From: Terriglobia bacterium
GTDB taxonomy: Bacteria > Acidobacteriota > Terriglobia > UBA7540
Length of the DNA stretch: 64,000 nt
Reading direction: 5' to 3'
NCBI GenBank assembly: GCA_049583595.1
Contig: JBAUWE010000166.1
Span: 4,913-68,912, forward strand
Translations under genes and position numbers: made by a program
Shown: piece by piece, positions 36,035 through 46,047 of the stretch
Layout: the number at the start of each line of letters is the position of its first letter
Numbering within the stretch: position 1 is the first letter of the stretch
The notes under the pieces: model-generated
The model's database searches: none
Told to the model about the DNA's origin: nothing
What the model saw: the letters and a program-made list of their open reading frames with translations, nothing else

Positions 36035-37228
36035 ATGAGAGCACTTTTTCTGGAAAACATTCATGAAGCTGCCGCCGCTCCATTCACTCGAGACGGCTAT
36101 GAAGTAAAAACTCTGCACGGAAGCCCGGACGAAGCCGCGCTGCTGAAGGAAGTCAGGGACGTGGAGGTGCTGGGTATCCGCTCCAAGACGAAAGTCACGG
36201 CGCGCCTGCTGGACGCCGCCCCCAAGCTGCTGGTGGTGGGCGCGTTCTGCATCGGCACCGACCAGATTGACCTGCCCGCCTGCTCAGACCGTGGCATCGC
36301 AGTCTTCAACGACCCTCACAGCAATACACGCAGTGTGGCGGAACTGGCGCTGGGTGAAATCATCATGCTGGCCCGGCGCGTCTTCGATGGCAGCGTGGCG
36401 CTGCACCAGGGATCGTGGCAAAAGAGCGCGGCGGACTGCCATGAAGTGCGCGGCCTGACGGTGGGCATTGTGGGCTACGGCAAAATCGGCTCGCAACTTT
36501 CAGACCTGGCCCAGGCCATCGGGATGAAGGTGATTTTCTGCGACGTGACCGAGGTGCTGGCGCGCGGCAACGCCATGAAGGTCACTTTCGAGGAGTTGCT
36601 CCAGAAATCGGACTTCGTCACTCTTCACGTGGACGGCCGCCCGCACAATCGTAACTTCTTTGGCGCGGACGAGTTCCGATTGATGAAAGAAGGATCCTAT
36701 TTTATGAACCTGAGCCGGGGCTTTGTGGTGGACCACGAAGCGCTGGCGGAAAATCTGCGCAGCGGCAAGCTGAAGGGCGCGGCGATTGACGTTTTCCCCA
36801 AAGAACCGAAAACCAAGGGCGGCGAGTTTTCAGACAAGCTGCAGAACCTGCCCAACGTGATTCTCACGCCGCACATCGGCGGAAGCACGGAGGAAGCCCA
36901 GTTCCACATTGCGCACCTGGTTTCTGCACGCCTGCATCGTTACATGGATGCCGGCGACACCATCCTCAGCGTCAACTTTCCGCACTGCCGGCTGGAACGC
37001 ACGCCGGAAAACCACCGCCTGGTGCACATCCACCGCAATCAGCCCGGCATGCTGCTGGCCATCAACAGGGTGATCGGCGACCGCGCCATCAACGTGGAAC
37101 GCCAGGTGCTGGATACCAAGGGCGAAGTCGGCTACGCCATTCTGGACATCAACCAGGAGTTGGATTCCGGCCTGGTCGGCGCGCTGGAAAGCATTCCCCA
37201 CACCATCCGGTCCAGGGCGCTTTACTAG
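36035..37228 (+). CDS. serA: D-3-phosphoglycerate dehydrogenase
   Basis: 397 aa. 2-hydroxyacid dehydrogenase NAD motif VGIVGYGKIGSQ, catalytic-region HIGGST and a C-terminal ACT-like domain. Layout resembles E. coli-type SerA. Confidence 0.88.
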   Translation: MRALFLENIHEAAAAPFTRDGYEVKTLHGSPDEAALLKEVRDVEVLGIRSKTKVTARLLDAAPKLLVVGAFCIGTDQIDLPACSDRGIAVFNDPHSNTRSVAELALGEIIMLARRVFDGSVALHQGSWQKSAADCHEVRGLTVGIVGYGKIGSQLSDLAQAIGMKVIFCDVTEVLARGNAMKVTFEELLQKSDFVTLHVDGRPHNRNFFGADEFRLMKEGSYFMNLSRGFVVDHEALAENLRSGKLKGAAIDVFPKEPKTKGGEFSDKLQNLPNVILTPHIGGSTEEAQFHIAHLVSARLHRYMDAGDTILSVNFPHCRLERTPENHRLVHIHRNQPGMLLAINRVIGDRAINVERQVLDTKGEVGYAILDINQELDSGLVGALESIPHTIRSRALY

Positions 37229-37498
37229 AGCCGCGCCGCGGCGCAGTCTGCCGAACAAGGGCAACCGCGCGGCGCCTGCCTCGAGGCCGGCGGCCGAACT
37301 GACTTCGACCCACTTGCCCGGCTGCCAACCTGCTTACTTTTTCGCTCTTCAGTTTCAACCCACAGAAATTCACAGGCCCGGATCTATCTCCGCTGCCGCA
37401 ACCGGCTTGACAGCCGTTGCCGGCTTTGATAGCGTCCAACGCGTTCTCGATCAATTAGGCCCGGCAGCGGGAATCAATCAGCATTCAAGGAGCCTCTA

Positions 37499-38830
37499 AT
37501 GGACAGACGTGAATACTTTAAGCTTGGCGTTGCAGGAGCCATGGGCGCGGCGCTCTCGGCGCAGCCCGTTGCAGCAAAAGAAGCGGAGGCTCGCGCAACG
37601 CGCGGCCTGCCCACTCCCATCATCAAAGACATTCAGGTGATCGCCACCGAGCCGAGGGGCGTGCGGCTGGTGGTGGTGAAGATCATCACCGACCAGGCGG
37701 GCCTTTACGGTTACGGCTGCGCCACCTTTACGCAGCGCGCCGACCTGGTGGTGCCTGCGGTGGAAAAATATCTCAAGCCGCTGCTGGTGGGCAAACCTTG
37801 CGACCGCATTGAGGACACCTGGCAGGCCTGCTACAACAGTTCCTACTGGCGCAACGGCCCGGTGCTGAACAACGCCATCAGCGGCGTTGACCAGGCGCTG
37901 TGGGACATCAAGGGTCGGCAGGCCAACATGCCCGTCTACCAGTTGCTGGGCGGCAAGGCGCGCGAAGCGGCGCTGGTCTACGGCACTACGGGCGGCACGG
38001 AAGCCTCCGAGGCGGTCGACCGCGTGCGCGGGCTGATGGCCAAGGGCTTCAAGGTGATCAAGGTAATGGTGGGCGTGCCGGGCATGTCATCCTATGGCCC
38101 TTCGAGCGGGCCGCCCCTGCGCGGCTTGCGCCCGGGGCCGGTGTGGGAGCCGGGCCCGTACATGCGCCTCACGCGGCAGGTGCTGGAAGCGTGCCGCCAG
38201 CAACTGGGCGAGGAAATCGAGCTGATCCACGACGTGCACGAGCGCGTGAGCCCGCACCAGGCTGTGCAGTTCGCCAAAGAACTCGAACCCATCCGGCTGT
38301 TCTATCTGGAAGACGTGCTCTCACCCGAGCAGATTGATTACTTCCGGCAGATCCGCCAGCAGTGCACCACGTCGCTGGCCATGGGCGAGCTGTTCAACAG
38401 CCCACACGAGTGGAACCCGCTGATCGAAGGCCGCCTGATCGATTACATCCGCGTGCACATCTCGCAGGCCGGAGGGCTGACGCCGGCAAGGAAGATCGCC
38501 ATCCTGTGTGAAATGTACGGAGTGAAAACCGCCTGGCACGGCCCGGGAGACGTTTCACCCGTGGGCCACACGGCGCAGTTGCACCTGGACCTCGCCAGCA
38601 CCAGCTTCGGCATCCAGGAGGGCGGCATCATCACCGGCCTCGAGGCCGAAATCTTCAAGGGCTGCGCCACCTTCAAGGATGGCTACATTTACGCCAGCGA
38701 CAAGCCCGGCTGGGGCATCGAAGTGGATGAGGCGCTCGCCGCCAAGCATCCCTTCCGCGATGGACCGAACCATCTCGACGGTGGCTGGGGCATCGTCCGG
38801 CGATACGACGGGGCCGTGATTAAGCAGTGA
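37499..38830 (+). CDS. enolase-superfamily D-mannonate dehydratase (ManD)/RspA-like protein with Tat signal
   Basis: 443 aa. MDRREYFKLGVAGAMGAALSA is a twin-arginine signal. ManD-subgroup-like segments (IKDIQVIAT..VVVKIITDQAGLYGYGCATF, AISGVDQALWDIKGRQANMPVYQLLGG). Confidence 0.85.
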   Translation: MDRREYFKLGVAGAMGAALSAQPVAAKEAEARATRGLPTPIIKDIQVIATEPRGVRLVVVKIITDQAGLYGYGCATFTQRADLVVPAVEKYLKPLLVGKPCDRIEDTWQACYNSSYWRNGPVLNNAISGVDQALWDIKGRQANMPVYQLLGGKAREAALVYGTTGGTEASEAVDRVRGLMAKGFKVIKVMVGVPGMSSYGPSSGPPLRGLRPGPVWEPGPYMRLTRQVLEACRQQLGEEIELIHDVHERVSPHQAVQFAKELEPIRLFYLEDVLSPEQIDYFRQIRQQCTTSLAMGELFNSPHEWNPLIEGRLIDYIRVHISQAGGLTPARKIAILCEMYGVKTAWHGPGDVSPVGHTAQLHLDLASTSFGIQEGGIITGLEAEIFKGCATFKDGYIYASDKPGWGIEVDEALAAKHPFRDGPNHLDGGWGIVRRYDGAVIKQ

Positions 38831-39031
38831 ACGCGCGGCGTTTGAATGGGCGAGTGAACAGGTTGCTGCCGAGGCGTACGGCTTGCATGCTTGTATTGTC
38901 CTTGACGATTTCCGTCCGGCTGTGGTGGCCGAAAACGAGCCGTTCTTCCTGTGCCCCAACGCCGTGAACGCAACCCCGGCCATCGACAAGGGCCGGAACC
39001 TGATTCACACGATCGCGCAGGACGGCAAGCA

Positions 39032-39718
39032 TCATCCCTTTGCCTCGTGGCGCAGCCGGCAGAGTCGCGGGTCGACATTTTTCAGCGCTGCGGGCAGTGC
39101 GGAGACGCCGATGGCATCTTCGCCGATGACCTTCCATGCCGGGAACGCCCGCTCGATGTCCTCGGCAGATGCACCGCGCGGCAGCGGCCATCTGCGGCCC
39201 GGCGACCAGGCAATCATCAACAGGGTCGCTCCCGACTTGGCGACCGCACTTACCTCCTGCCCCATGGCCTGGCGCTGCGCGTCATCGAGGCCGTGGAACA
39301 TTCCGAAGTCCAGCACAAATTGGAAGCCGGAGCCGACACCCAGCTTTTGCAGGTTCGTCACGTCACCCTCTACAAGTTGAACATCCACACCGGCGTCACG
39401 GGCCCTCCGGCGCGCGGCGTTCAACGCTTTCGGGACAAGATCGACGCCCGTAACCTGCCAGCCGCGCTGCGCCAATTGGACCGCCTGCATCCCACTGCCG
39501 CAGCCCAGGTCGAGCGCGCGCCCGTAGGGAGGTTGCCGTTCACTCTCCTCACGGTCGAACCTCGCCGAGATCATCGCCGCATCATGCGTGGATGCGCGCT
39601 CCCAGGGTGTGAAGCCGAGTTGGTAGGCGATCCTGTAAAACCATTGCACAACAGCCTCCTTCCCAAAGCCGGCAACGCGAAGTAGCGGCTCGTTTTTTTG
39701 TGATCCGATGGAATGCAC
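39032..39718 (-). CDS. class I SAM-dependent methyltransferase
   Basis: Motif I ALDLGCGSGMQAVQLAQRGWQVTGVD, plus post-I and II motifs. Confidence 0.8.
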   Translation of the reverse strand: MHSIGSQKNEPLLRVAGFGKEAVVQWFYRIAYQLGFTPWERASTHDAAMISARFDREESERQPPYGRALDLGCGSGMQAVQLAQRGWQVTGVDLVPKALNAARRRARDAGVDVQLVEGDVTNLQKLGVGSGFQFVLDFGMFHGLDDAQRQAMGQEVSAVAKSGATLLMIAWSPGRRWPLPRGASAEDIERAFPAWKVIGEDAIGVSALPAALKNVDPRLCRLRHEAKG

Positions 39719-39889
39719 CCAGGAATCGGGCCCTGGCTGATTTTAGCGCAGAAGGAAGGACATGCAGCCACAAAAAAGAGGGGCCGCACACGTTGCAGAA
39801 CGCCGCGATACAAGGGCCACCCCGCGTCACTCTCCACCCTGCAATGCCGGGATTCTTCGCTGCGCTCAGAATGACAGGGCTGGCCGCAG

Positions 39890-42670
39890 CTATGCCGCGG
39901 GGACCTGGTTCTTCAAATTGTAGACAGCGCGCACGGTGGACTCGTCGGCTTTTTCGAGCTTGAAGCCGACTTTTTCCAACATGCGCTGCATTTCGGGATT
40001 TTCGCGCAGGATTTCGGCCTCGACAAAATCCAGCTTCTCGTCGCGGCCAATCTGCAGCAAACGGTTCAGCAGTTCAGTACCCATGCCTTTGCGCTGGTAG
40101 TCGTCACTGATAACAATGGCGACTTCCGCGGCTCGTGTTTCATGCAGCTGGCTGAGGCGGCCCACTCCGAGCACCTGCTTTTCGCCGCTGGCGGGATCGG
40201 TATGTTCAACCACCAGGGCCATCTCGCGGTCGTAATCGATGTAGCAGATGCGGGTGAGGCGGTCATGCTCAATGCGGCGGCTCAGCGAGAGCATGTGGAA
40301 ATAGCGCATGTAGACGCTGCGCTCAGAGAGCGTGTGATGGAACTTCACCATCAGCGGCTCGTCTTCCGGACGGATGGGACGAATGACCACAGGCGTACCG
40401 TCCTTCAAATTCCACTTGTAGCTGTACTGCGCGGGATAGGGGCGGATGGCCGGCTTGGGCAGCTGGTCTTCGCTGACTTCGCTGCTGTGCAGCACCACGC
40501 GCGCGTCGAGCGCAATCATTCCATCGGCCGAGACCAGCAGCGGGTTGATGTCAATTTCGCGGATGCGCCGCTGTTCGATGACCAGTTGGCTGAAGCGCAC
40601 CATCAGGCGTTCCAGCGCGGCAAGGTCGGCGGCTTTCTGCCCGCGCACACCCTGGAGGGCGGTCCAGATGCGTGTCTGCTCCATCATGCGCCGGGCCAGC
40701 GTGGTGTTGAGCGGCGGAATCGCCAGCGCGCGGTCTTTGTAAACCTCCACCAGCTGCCCGCCCGATCCAAACAGCAGGACGGAACCGAACTGAGGGTCGA
40801 AACTGCTGCCCAGAATGACTTCATAACCCTTGAACCCGATCATGGGCTGGACGGTGACGCCCCCGAAATTCCCCGGGCCCGTCTTTTCCAGCACGGAGGC
40901 TTCGATGGCGCGCCAGGCGTGCCGGACGGCGGCTTCATCCCGCAGGCGCAACTGCACCCCGCCCACGTCGGTCTTGTGGGTGATGGTTTCAGAAAGCAGC
41001 TTCAGCACCACCGGGTAGCCCGCCTTCTGGGCAAGCTCCACCGCCTCATCTTCTGATTGCGCCGCAAAGGTGGGAACGGTGGGAATGCCGTAGGCCGCCA
41101 GGAGTTGCTTCGATTCATACTCGTTCAGCAGCGCCCTGCCGGACTGTTGGGCACGCTGAATGATGCCCTGGACCTCGTCGCGCCGGATGCCGTCTTCCTC
41201 GCTGCCTGAAACCAGCATGGGAGTTTCATAAAGGCCGCGCAGGTTGTAACTGTACTTCCACATGTATTGGAACGTGCGGACGGCGGCGTCAGGATAGGGG
41301 AAAGTCGGGATATCGGACCGGTTCAGAATTTCCCGGCCGGCCAGGACTTCAGCGCCGCCCATCCAGCTGGCCAGAATCGGTTTGCCCTTCAGCTTTGAAA
41401 AGCGCTTCAGCTTTTCGGCCGTCTCCGCGGGGTCGGTCATCGCCTGCGGGGCCAGAATCACCAGCAAGCCATCGGCGTTGGCGTCCTGGGCCACAAGCTC
41501 AACCGCCTTGGCGTAGCGGTCGGGCTCCGCGTCTCCCAGAATGTCCACGGGATTGCTGTGGCTCCAATGGGGCGGCAGAATTCCGTTCAGCGATTCGATG
41601 GTTTCATCGGAGAGCACGGCCAGCTCGCCGCCGTGGATGGAGAGGGCGTCGGTGGCCAGCACTCCGGGCCCGCCCGCATTGGTCAGAATGGCCAGGCGCG
41701 GACCTTTGGGGCGCGGCTGTTTGGACAGAACTTCCGCCATGGAAAAAAGATCGGCGATGCTGGAGACACGCAGCACGCCGGACCGCCGGAACGCTGCCTC
41801 CAGAACCTCGTCGCTGCCGGCCAGGGCTCCGGTGTGCGAGGCGGCGGCGCGCGCCGCGGCTTCCGTGCGGCCCGCTTTGATCACAATGATGGGTTTGGAA
41901 AGCGCCACTTCACGGGCGGCGGAAAGAAAAGCCCGAGGATCGCCAACCGATTCCATGTAGAGAATAATGCTGTGGGTGTTGGGATCGTCGCCGAGGTGAT
42001 TGATGAGGTCGCCCCAGCCCACGTCGAGCATGGAGCCAACGGAAACAAAAGCGCTGAAGCCCACGTGCTCGTGCAGGCTCCAGTCAAGAATGGCAGTGCA
42101 GAGCGCCCCGCTCTGGCTGACGAAGGCCACGTTACCCGGCTGCGCGCCCGTGCGCGCGAAGGTGGCGTTCAGGCCGGAGAGCGGGCTCATCACGCCCAGA
42201 CAGTTGGGACCAATCAGGCGTGTCCTGCCGCGGCGAAGCTGGGCCAGGATTTCCTGCTCCATCTCGACGCCGGCGGCCCCGCATTCCTTGAAGCCTGCTG
42301 AAATGACGACAACGCCTTTGACGCCCGCGTCCACACACTCGCCGACGATGCCGGGCACGGTGCGGGCCGGCGTGATGACCACCGCCAGGTCCACAGGTTC
42401 GGGCAGCGCCGCGACACTGGGATAAGCTTTAACGCCCAGCACCTGGCTGCGCTTGGGGTTGACAGGATAAACCGTGCCGCCAAACGGGCTGCTGATCAGG
42501 TTCCACAGGAGAGTGCGGCCCACGCTGGCTACGGCTTCAGTGGCGCCGATGACAGCAACACTTTCGGGATAGAAGAAGACGTCCAGAGGGTGGTGCATCT
42601 GGCGGTAGATGTCGTGCGCGCCTTCGATGGTCTGCTTCGCAGAGGGTTTCATTGGGTTTGCCATAGTCAC
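39890..42670 (-). CDS. Pat/YfiQ-like protein: ADP-forming acyl-CoA synthetase-like domains fused to a C-terminal GNAT acetyltransferase
   Basis: 926 aa. N-terminal CoA-binding (VAVIGATE..), succinyl-CoA-ligase-like and ATP-grasp segments, then a C-terminal GNAT motif ([14 protein letters not shown]). The start is uncertain: GTG 42670, ATG 42664 or ATG 42652. Confidence 0.85.
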   Translation of the reverse strand: MTMANPMKPSAKQTIEGAHDIYRQMHHPLDVFFYPESVAVIGATEAVASVGRTLLWNLISSPFGGTVYPVNPKRSQVLGVKAYPSVAALPEPVDLAVVITPARTVPGIVGECVDAGVKGVVVISAGFKECGAAGVEMEQEILAQLRRGRTRLIGPNCLGVMSPLSGLNATFARTGAQPGNVAFVSQSGALCTAILDWSLHEHVGFSAFVSVGSMLDVGWGDLINHLGDDPNTHSIILYMESVGDPRAFLSAAREVALSKPIIVIKAGRTEAAARAAASHTGALAGSDEVLEAAFRRSGVLRVSSIADLFSMAEVLSKQPRPKGPRLAILTNAGGPGVLATDALSIHGGELAVLSDETIESLNGILPPHWSHSNPVDILGDAEPDRYAKAVELVAQDANADGLLVILAPQAMTDPAETAEKLKRFSKLKGKPILASWMGGAEVLAGREILNRSDIPTFPYPDAAVRTFQYMWKYSYNLRGLYETPMLVSGSEEDGIRRDEVQGIIQRAQQSGRALLNEYESKQLLAAYGIPTVPTFAAQSEDEAVELAQKAGYPVVLKLLSETITHKTDVGGVQLRLRDEAAVRHAWRAIEASVLEKTGPGNFGGVTVQPMIGFKGYEVILGSSFDPQFGSVLLFGSGGQLVEVYKDRALAIPPLNTTLARRMMEQTRIWTALQGVRGQKAADLAALERLMVRFSQLVIEQRRIREIDINPLLVSADGMIALDARVVLHSSEVSEDQLPKPAIRPYPAQYSYKWNLKDGTPVVIRPIRPEDEPLMVKFHHTLSERSVYMRYFHMLSLSRRIEHDRLTRICYIDYDREMALVVEHTDPASGEKQVLGVGRLSQLHETRAAEVAIVISDDYQRKGMGTELLNRLLQIGRDEKLDFVEAEILRENPEMQRMLEKVGFKLEKADESTVRAVYNLKNQVPAA

Positions 42671-42796
42671 CTTTCTATTCTGAACGCTATCGGCAGATCA
42701 ATTCAAGAGTTTGTGGCATCTGCCCTCGCAAATTTCCCCGCCACGCGCCGTGGCCGCGCTTGTAAAGCAGACTGCTTCTCAGGGGAAGCCCCCTTC

Positions 42797-43681
42797 TCAG
42801 ATGTGCACGGCCAGGACGGGACTGGTTCCCAACTGGATCACGCGTTGCGTTGTGGAGCCGAACAAGGCAAGGTCCACCGCGTTGCGGCCTCGCACTCCCA
42901 TCACCACAAGGTCGATCTCATTCTCAAGGGCAATCTGAAGAATCTCCTGGTAGGGCCTGCCGATGCGGACAGCAGCATGCACTTTGCACCAGTCGCCGGC
43001 TTCCGGCGGCGCCAGTTCCTCAAGCCTTCGGGTGACGTCACCCACGCACTTTTGCAGGTCATCAGTGGGAGGCACGTCTTCAAGAACGTGGAGCAGAGTG
43101 AGGTCCGCGTTGTACTCCATGGCCAGTGACAACGAGTAGGTAAGGGCGCGGGTCGAATAATCGGAAAAGTCCGTGCAAAAGAGAATCTTCTTCAGCCGCA
43201 CCGGCTCCTCGGCGTCCTCCGGATGGACGAAATCGTGGGCGGGCTTGCGAACCACCAGAACGGGACAATGGGCTTTCCTTAAAATTTTCTCGGTCACCGA
43301 TCCCATGGTCAGATGGTCAAACCCGTGGCGCCCGTGTGTTCCCATCACAATCAGATCGGCAGCCTGGCTTTCAGCGAAAGCCAGAATGCAATCCGGCACC
43401 GTTCCCTTGTGCACGAAACGCTGGATTTGAAATCCATTTCCCCGGCGCGCCGACATCAGGTCAGAAAGTTTCTGGTCGGTACTGGCTTCAAGGTTCCAGA
43501 AAACTTCGTTGATGGCGTCCGGAAAAGCGTAGTAGGGATAGGTGGAAGTCAGCGGTTGGATGACGTGCTGCAGCAGCAGTTTTGCGGCGTAATGCTGTGC
43601 CAATGACTGGGCGTATTCGTAAGCCTTGACAGAGTACTCAGAAAAGTCAACCGGGCAGAGAACCTTTTCGATTCTGAGCAT
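42797..43681 (-). CDS. tandem-domain universal stress protein
   Basis: ORF 42797..43819, start moved to ATG 43681 after GAGGAG. Two UspA domains, each ending ..GSVT/GSTT..PVLVV. Confidence 0.85.
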   Translation of the reverse strand: MLRIEKVLCPVDFSEYSVKAYEYAQSLAQHYAAKLLLQHVIQPLTSTYPYYAFPDAINEVFWNLEASTDQKLSDLMSARRGNGFQIQRFVHKGTVPDCILAFAESQAADLIVMGTHGRHGFDHLTMGSVTEKILRKAHCPVLVVRKPAHDFVHPEDAEEPVRLKKILFCTDFSDYSTRALTYSLSLAMEYNADLTLLHVLEDVPPTDDLQKCVGDVTRRLEELAPPEAGDWCKVHAAVRIGRPYQEILQIALENEIDLVVMGVRGRNAVDLALFGSTTQRVIQLGTSPVLAVHI

Positions 43682-43854
43682 CGCGGCTCCTCTCAAAAAA
43701 ACCGCTGGGAGGAGCGAGTCCCCGTCTTGCTGGGGCCGGCTGGCTTGCCTCTCCTGCCCAGAAGCTAACCTGCACTCCTCGCAGCTATCCCTCCCAGCAG
43801 ACGACAGGCTAACAAACACAGCGGCGCAATGCCGTGACCAGGGTTACCAGCGGT

Positions 43855-43870
43855 TGTGACCGTGCTCACA
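43855..43870 (+). promoter_or_regulatory. perfect CRP-type palindrome in the divergent USP intergenic region
   Basis: TGTGACCGTGCTCACA. GACAAT (-10-like) lies at 43892..43897, 32 bp from the site centre, oriented toward the USP gene at 44031. Confidence 0.5.
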
Positions 43871-44030
43871 GCCCCCATGCGTTCATGGCGGGACAATTAA
43901 AAAGGAGGATCCGGCCCGAAAGGAAAGATGGGGATCCGGGCAGGGTTCGCCATAGAGAGAGAGTCCCGCTTGCAGGCCTCCGGGTGCTCGCCAAAAACTT
44001 CCGTCGCCTGCGGCGGAAAAAGGAGCAAGC

Positions 44031-44535
44031 CATGGAAAAACCAAAAGTGATGGTTGCGTTGCGAGACACAGAAACAGCGGGTAGCCTGACCAAACTGGCC
44101 TGCCAGATGGCCAGTCTGGCGGGAACCACCGTGATCGCGTTGCACGTGATTGAGGTGCCGCCGGGTTTGCCCATCGACGTGATGGATCCCGTCTTCGAAC
44201 GGCCCGGACAACAGGTGCTCTCACTGGCCCGGCAGATTGCCTCCAACAATTTCTCCATGCACATCTCGGCGAAACTGCTGAAGGCGCGCAACGCCGGCGA
44301 AGCCATTGTGGGTGAAGCAGCAGAAGAGGAAATTGACCTGCTGGTCATCGGATACCACCACAATCACGGCCTTGCTGAAACGCTGCTGGGTTCCACGGTG
44401 CAGCACGTCACCCGCCATGCGCCGTGCAGGGTGCTGGTGCAGGTTCCCGCGCCCAGGTCGAAAGGCCAACCGGTTGCGGTGAGCGAGGAAGAGGCGGAGG
44501 AAGACGTCGAAACGAAGAAGCCGGAAGCCGCATAA
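44031..44535 (+). CDS. universal stress protein
   Basis: ORF 43834..44535, start moved to ATG 44031 after GGAGCAAGCC. UspA motifs (VIALHVIEVP.., GYHHNHG..LLGSTVQHVTRHAPCRVLV). Confidence 0.85.
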
Positions 44536-44643
44536 GAAACCAGAGCCCGCGGCGGCCACTTCTCTGGAACCGGACAAAGAATGGTGAAATGATAGGGAAC
44601 ACTCGACCGAGAATAATCTAACAGCGAATAAGGAGGAGTGGCG

Positions 44644-44916
44644 ATGCGGCTATCGGTAAAGGGTCTGGCCCTGGCAATCGGAATCCTGTGGGGTGGGTGT
44701 ATCCTCCTTGTGGGAATCGTGAACCTGATATCACCTTCCTACGGAGTGGCTTTTCTTCAGTGGGCAAGCTCAATCTATCCGGGCTTTCACAATTCGCACC
44801 ACTTTCTGGATACACTGGTCGGCGCAATCTACGGGCTGGTGGACGGAGGGATCGGAGGAGCGGTTCTGGGCCTGCTTTACAACTGTTTCGCCGGGGGCGC
44901 CAAACAGGCGTCCTGA
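44644..44916 (+). CDS. small membrane protein (2-3 TM), unknown function
   Basis: ATG 44644 lies 7 nt after AAGGAGGAG. Gly-rich hydrophobic helices. Confidence 0.5.
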   Translation: MRLSVKGLALAIGILWGGCILLVGIVNLISPSYGVAFLQWASSIYPGFHNSHHFLDTLVGAIYGLVDGGIGGAVLGLLYNCFAGGAKQAS

Positions 44917-45070
44917 TCCCGCTTATTGCGCGGGCCATGCGCAGCACGAGCTGAAGATTCACATCCAATGTGTGAAGGGAGGGGCCGGCTCTGCCGCTGG
45001 ATGAAGCGTTGCTCCAACCACCCGCAGGGACCGAAGCTTTCGATAAAACCCGGCGTTCATTTCAGGGTGA

Positions 45071-45412
45071 GTGAAACCCTGTCCTGACCGGCCGCTTGTC
45101 AACTCCTACGCAACAGCTTCGCGCGCTTTCAATGTCACCGTGAACAGAAGATTCAAACGCTGGCTGGTCATCATTTCCGGATGGAGCTTTGTCGCGCTGG
45201 GTGTGGCAGGCCTTTTTCTGCCCATTCTCCAGGGCGTTCTGTTCCTTCTGATCGGTTTAACCATCCTCTCCACGGAATACGTTTGGGCGCACAAGCTGCT
45301 CCAGAAATTGCGGAAGCGGTTCCCTTCCCTCACCAGCAGGTTTGATACAGCCAAATTGCGGGCCCACGCCTGGCTGAAGCGCGTTTTCCCTTCCAAGTCC
45401 GACGGCGTGTAG
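45071..45412 (+). CDS. small membrane protein, PGPGW/YbaN-like
   Basis: GTG start, uncertain. IISGWSFVALGVAGLFLPILQGVLFLLIGLTILS pattern resembles the PGPGW/DUF454 families. Confidence 0.45.
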   Translation: MKPCPDRPLVNSYATASRAFNVTVNRRFKRWLVIISGWSFVALGVAGLFLPILQGVLFLLIGLTILSTEYVWAHKLLQKLRKRFPSLTSRFDTAKLRAHAWLKRVFPSKSDGV

Positions 45413-45497
45413 CGCTGAAGCTGACGATTGCCGGCCGCCTGTATGGGGGGGGGCATCATCAGACACGACGATCCATACGGAGGTCGTCACAGGGTTT

Positions 45498-45513
45498 GGT
45501 GACGCAGCTCACC
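45498..45513 (+). promoter_or_regulatory. CRP-type palindrome, part of a 29-nt composite motif
   Basis: GGTGACGCAGCTCACC. It belongs to TCGTCACA-N7-GTGACGCAGCTCAC (45484..45512), which recurs at 50514..50542. CATCAT (-10-like) lies 32 bp from the centre. Confidence 0.45.
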
Positions 45514-45551
45514 GTAGAACAGACGAAACTGGACCATCATAAGTTATGGAA

Positions 45552-45663
45552 GGAGGGTGGACGCGGGCGAATAGGAAGCAAACCATAAACGGAGCACGGC
45601 GGCAGCAAACACGGAGCTCCGTAAGGCCAGCGACTTAACGCGGCCGATTCGCCCCCACCCTCC
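45552..45663 (+). ncRNA. candidate structured small RNA (long interrupted stem)
   Basis: GGAGGGTGG(acgc)GGGCGAAT at 45552..45572 pairs with ATTCGCCCCCACCCTCC at 45647..45663, giving 17 bp. Inner hairpin CGGAGC/GCTCCG. A second hairpin GCCCGAA-TTCC-TTCGGGC at 45678..45695. Lies in a 635-bp gene-free gap. The strand is inferred from the upstream promoter model only. Confidence 0.25.
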
Positions 45664-46047
45664 TGAGCACTCCTTGAGCCCGAATTCCTTCGGGCCTTCA
45701 TCTATCATCACCGTAAAGCCTGCCTTTCTTTATAGCCTTCAAGCGGGAATGGTATGTTAAATATATAGGTGTCCTGCCAAGGCATGGGGTACAAGCGTGG
45801 CTTGGGAAATAGAGGCGCGGTCCCTTCCAGACCTCGGGGGCCCGGCCTCACGTGGAAACGTCACACTCCCCCCGTTTAAGTGGCCGCAGTGTCCGCCTCA
45901 GCGGGCAGGATTCGCCACCTTTCGGAACTGTGTATTCCACGGTTCCGGCCGGAAGGCGGGCCAACCCTTTTTGCTGAACAGTTTTGCGAATGAAACCAGA
46001 CCTGAGCCTGCGTCGTCGAAGTTTCCAGGGCAAGCGATTCGTTTATA

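Noticed and set aside
35872-36060. 62-aa minus-strand ORF with a signal-peptide-like start upstream of the orphan terminator
   Set aside because: Its start overlaps the serA start by 26 nt, there is no SD, and the internal ATG at 35997 also lacks an SD. It is kept only as a possible explanation in the terminator finding.
44958-44976. TTCACATCCAATGTGTGAA inverted repeat
   Set aside because: The half-sites are in the opposite order (TCACA...TGTGA) and at the wrong spacing for the CRP-type motif. No -10 element follows.
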